This document shows positions 35,532-36,752 of a DNA stretch of 36,752 nucleotides, piece after piece. The notes below the pieces were generated by a model, which was not told the DNA's origin, searched no databases, and saw only the letters and a list, made by a program, of their open reading frames with translations. How positions within the stretch are numbered: the first letter of the stretch is position 1; each line of letters starts with the position of its first letter. The DNA is taken from assembly GCA_030640275.1 (NCBI GenBank), contig DAOWJR010000067.1, forward strand, positions 1 to 36,752, in the 5' to 3' direction. Source of the stretch: Actinomycetes bacterium. GTDB taxonomy: Bacteria > Actinomycetota > Humimicrobiia > JAHJRV01. The position numbers were made by a program, and so were the translations under genes.

Positions 35532-36329
35532 TTGCCAAAAATATTAGTGGAGAAATTAGAATTTACTTATCCATCAGGTTTAAAAGCATTAAAAGGAATA
35601 GACTTAAAGATAGAAAATGGTGAATCTGTTGCTGTAATTGGAGAAAATGGTTCTGGAAAGACTACTTTAGTTAAGCATTTCAATGGACTCTTAAAACCAT
35701 CATCTGGTCAAGTATGGATAGGAAAAAAGAATACTAAAAATTATACAACTGCTGAAATTTCAAAAACTGTAGGATATGTTTTTCAGAATCCCGAAAACCA
35801 GTTGTTTAAAGAAACAGTAAGAGAAGAATTAATTTTTGGACCTGAGAATATTAGATTTTCAGAAGATAAAATTAAAGATATAGTAGAAAAGATAGCTCAT
35901 TTGACTGATATTTATGATATTTTAGATTCAAATCAAAGAGAATTAAATTTTTTTCAAAAACAATGGGTGGCAATTGCTTCAACATTGACAATGGACTCTA
36001 AGATTTTAATTCTTGACGAACCAAATACCAGTCAGGATTTTCTTGGTGTAGAAAAATTAATAAAATTGATAAATAACCTTTTGATGAAAAATAAAACAGT
36101 AATAACAATTACTCATGATTTAGATTTTGCATTAAAAATTTCAAATAGATTTATAGTTATTAGTGATGGAAAGATATTACTGGATAGATCACCTCGAAAT
36201 ATTTTTGCAAAGAAGCAAGAATTAATTAAAGCAAATCTTATTCCCCCTCCCATACCGAGATTGGGAATATCACTCGGTTTTAAATATCCTCCATTAAATA
36301 TTGATGATTTTATTAATATGTATAAATAA
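35532..36329 (+). CDS. ecfA2: ECF transporter ATPase subunit EcfA' (degenerate signature motif)
   Basis: Walker A GENGSGKTT, Q-loop VFQNP, Walker B ILILDEP, H-loop ITHD. The signature position reads LNFFQ. The likely start is TTG 35532 (GAGG SD at 35522..35525), just after the ecfA stop; the ORF is open from ATG 35499. Confidence 0.85.
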   Translation: MPKILVEKLEFTYPSGLKALKGIDLKIENGESVAVIGENGSGKTTLVKHFNGLLKPSSGQVWIGKKNTKNYTTAEISKTVGYVFQNPENQLFKETVREELIFGPENIRFSEDKIKDIVEKIAHLTDIYDILDSNQRELNFFQKQWVAIASTLTMDSKILILDEPNTSQDFLGVEKLIKLINNLLMKNKTVITITHDLDFALKISNRFIVISDGKILLDRSPRNIFAKKQELIKANLIPPPIPRLGISLGFKYPPLNIDDFINMYK

Positions 36330-36704
36330 TTATTATTGAACTATTTAAGAGCTGTGTTACAACTAACTAAATTATTTTTCTTTGCTTATTCCATTAAAAA
36401 TTTAGTTAAAAAATATTTTATTGAAAATTTTGTATTATAATAAAATTAATTTTATAAGAGAGTAATAAAAATTTTAAAATTTAACTATGTTATGACTTAA
36501 TTAAAACGTTCCCTTTTAACTATTGACAATTCTATTTTTTTTATTTAGTATTTCACTGAATTAAAACTTATATCAAATATAATTTTGTATAATAAGAAAA
36601 AAGAAGTTGTAAATCTTAAATTAGAAGTAGCACTTAGAAAATAAAGAGGAGGTGATTTCATAAAAAATAATTTGAAAGTAAAAAAATGATAAGGAGGTTT
36701 TTAA

Positions 36705-36752
36705 ATGAATTTTTTTAAAAAGATATTTTTAACAATTGTAACCCTATCAATT
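36705..36752 (+). CDS. 5' end of an ORF with a signal-peptide/TM-like N-terminus (MNFFKKIFLTIVTLSI...), running off the window
   Basis: AGGAGG at 36692..36697, 7 nt upstream of the ATG. Only 16 codons are visible. Confidence 0.3.
   Translation, partial: MNFFKKIFLTIVTLSI

Noticed and set aside
36523-36551. TTGACA-N17-TAGTAT promoter-like sequence in the last intergenic region
   Set aside because: The -35 is plausible, but the -10 is weak and the region is extremely AT-rich. There is no way to tie it to a transcript from sequence alone.
36646-36660. Orphan strong SD (GAGGAGGTGA) ~55 nt upstream of the terminal ORF, with no usable start codon
   Set aside because: Only GTG-ATT-TCA-TAA (3 codons) follows it. 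The real ORF at 36705 has its own AGGAGG. This cannot be distinguished from chance or a relic.

Overview
This is a visibly AT-rich bacterial chromosomal segment using the standard code (TGA serves as a stop; most genes have AGGAGG-type Shine-Dalgarno sites). It is almost entirely housekeeping. From about 9.6 kb onward the + strand carries a gene order that, as I recall it, closely matches the Bacillus/Clostridia arrangement: pdxS-pdxT, yebC-ruvC-ruvA-ruvB-queA-tgt-yajC-(HD hydrolase)-secD-secF-relA/spoT-(MBL hydrolase)-hisS-aspS-[6S RNA]-(DUF948-like)-(AI-2E transporter)-alaS-ruvX-mltG-yqeG-acyP-queT-ecfT-ecfA-ecfA'. The left 9 kb holds a truncated HemN-like radical SAM gene, an M28-like peptidase, a minus-strand block (rhomboid, phosphofructokinase, EF-G paralog), the only mobile DNA in the window (a solo tnpB with an omega-RNA-like GC-rich 3' block) and a convergent 3D-domain cell-wall gene. 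I found no rRNA, tRNA, CRISPR array, or recognisable defence or toxin island, and I cannot support a claim of a wholly new multi-gene system here. The points most worth a second look are: (1) the tnpB element and its promoter and right end; (2) an unannotated 6S RNA downstream of aspS, which explains a spurious ORF; (3) alaS split by a -1 frame change exactly on a U_UUU_UUG heptamer at the catalytic/editing domain boundary; (4) a queT S-component next to its own ecfT-A-A' module, with a degenerate signature motif in the second ATPase; (5) an EF-G paralog whose only strong SD lies 50 nt upstream across a perfect hairpin; (6) a very divergent SecDF apparently lacking the conserved TM aspartate. 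All homology calls come from motif recognition by eye; no database search was run.
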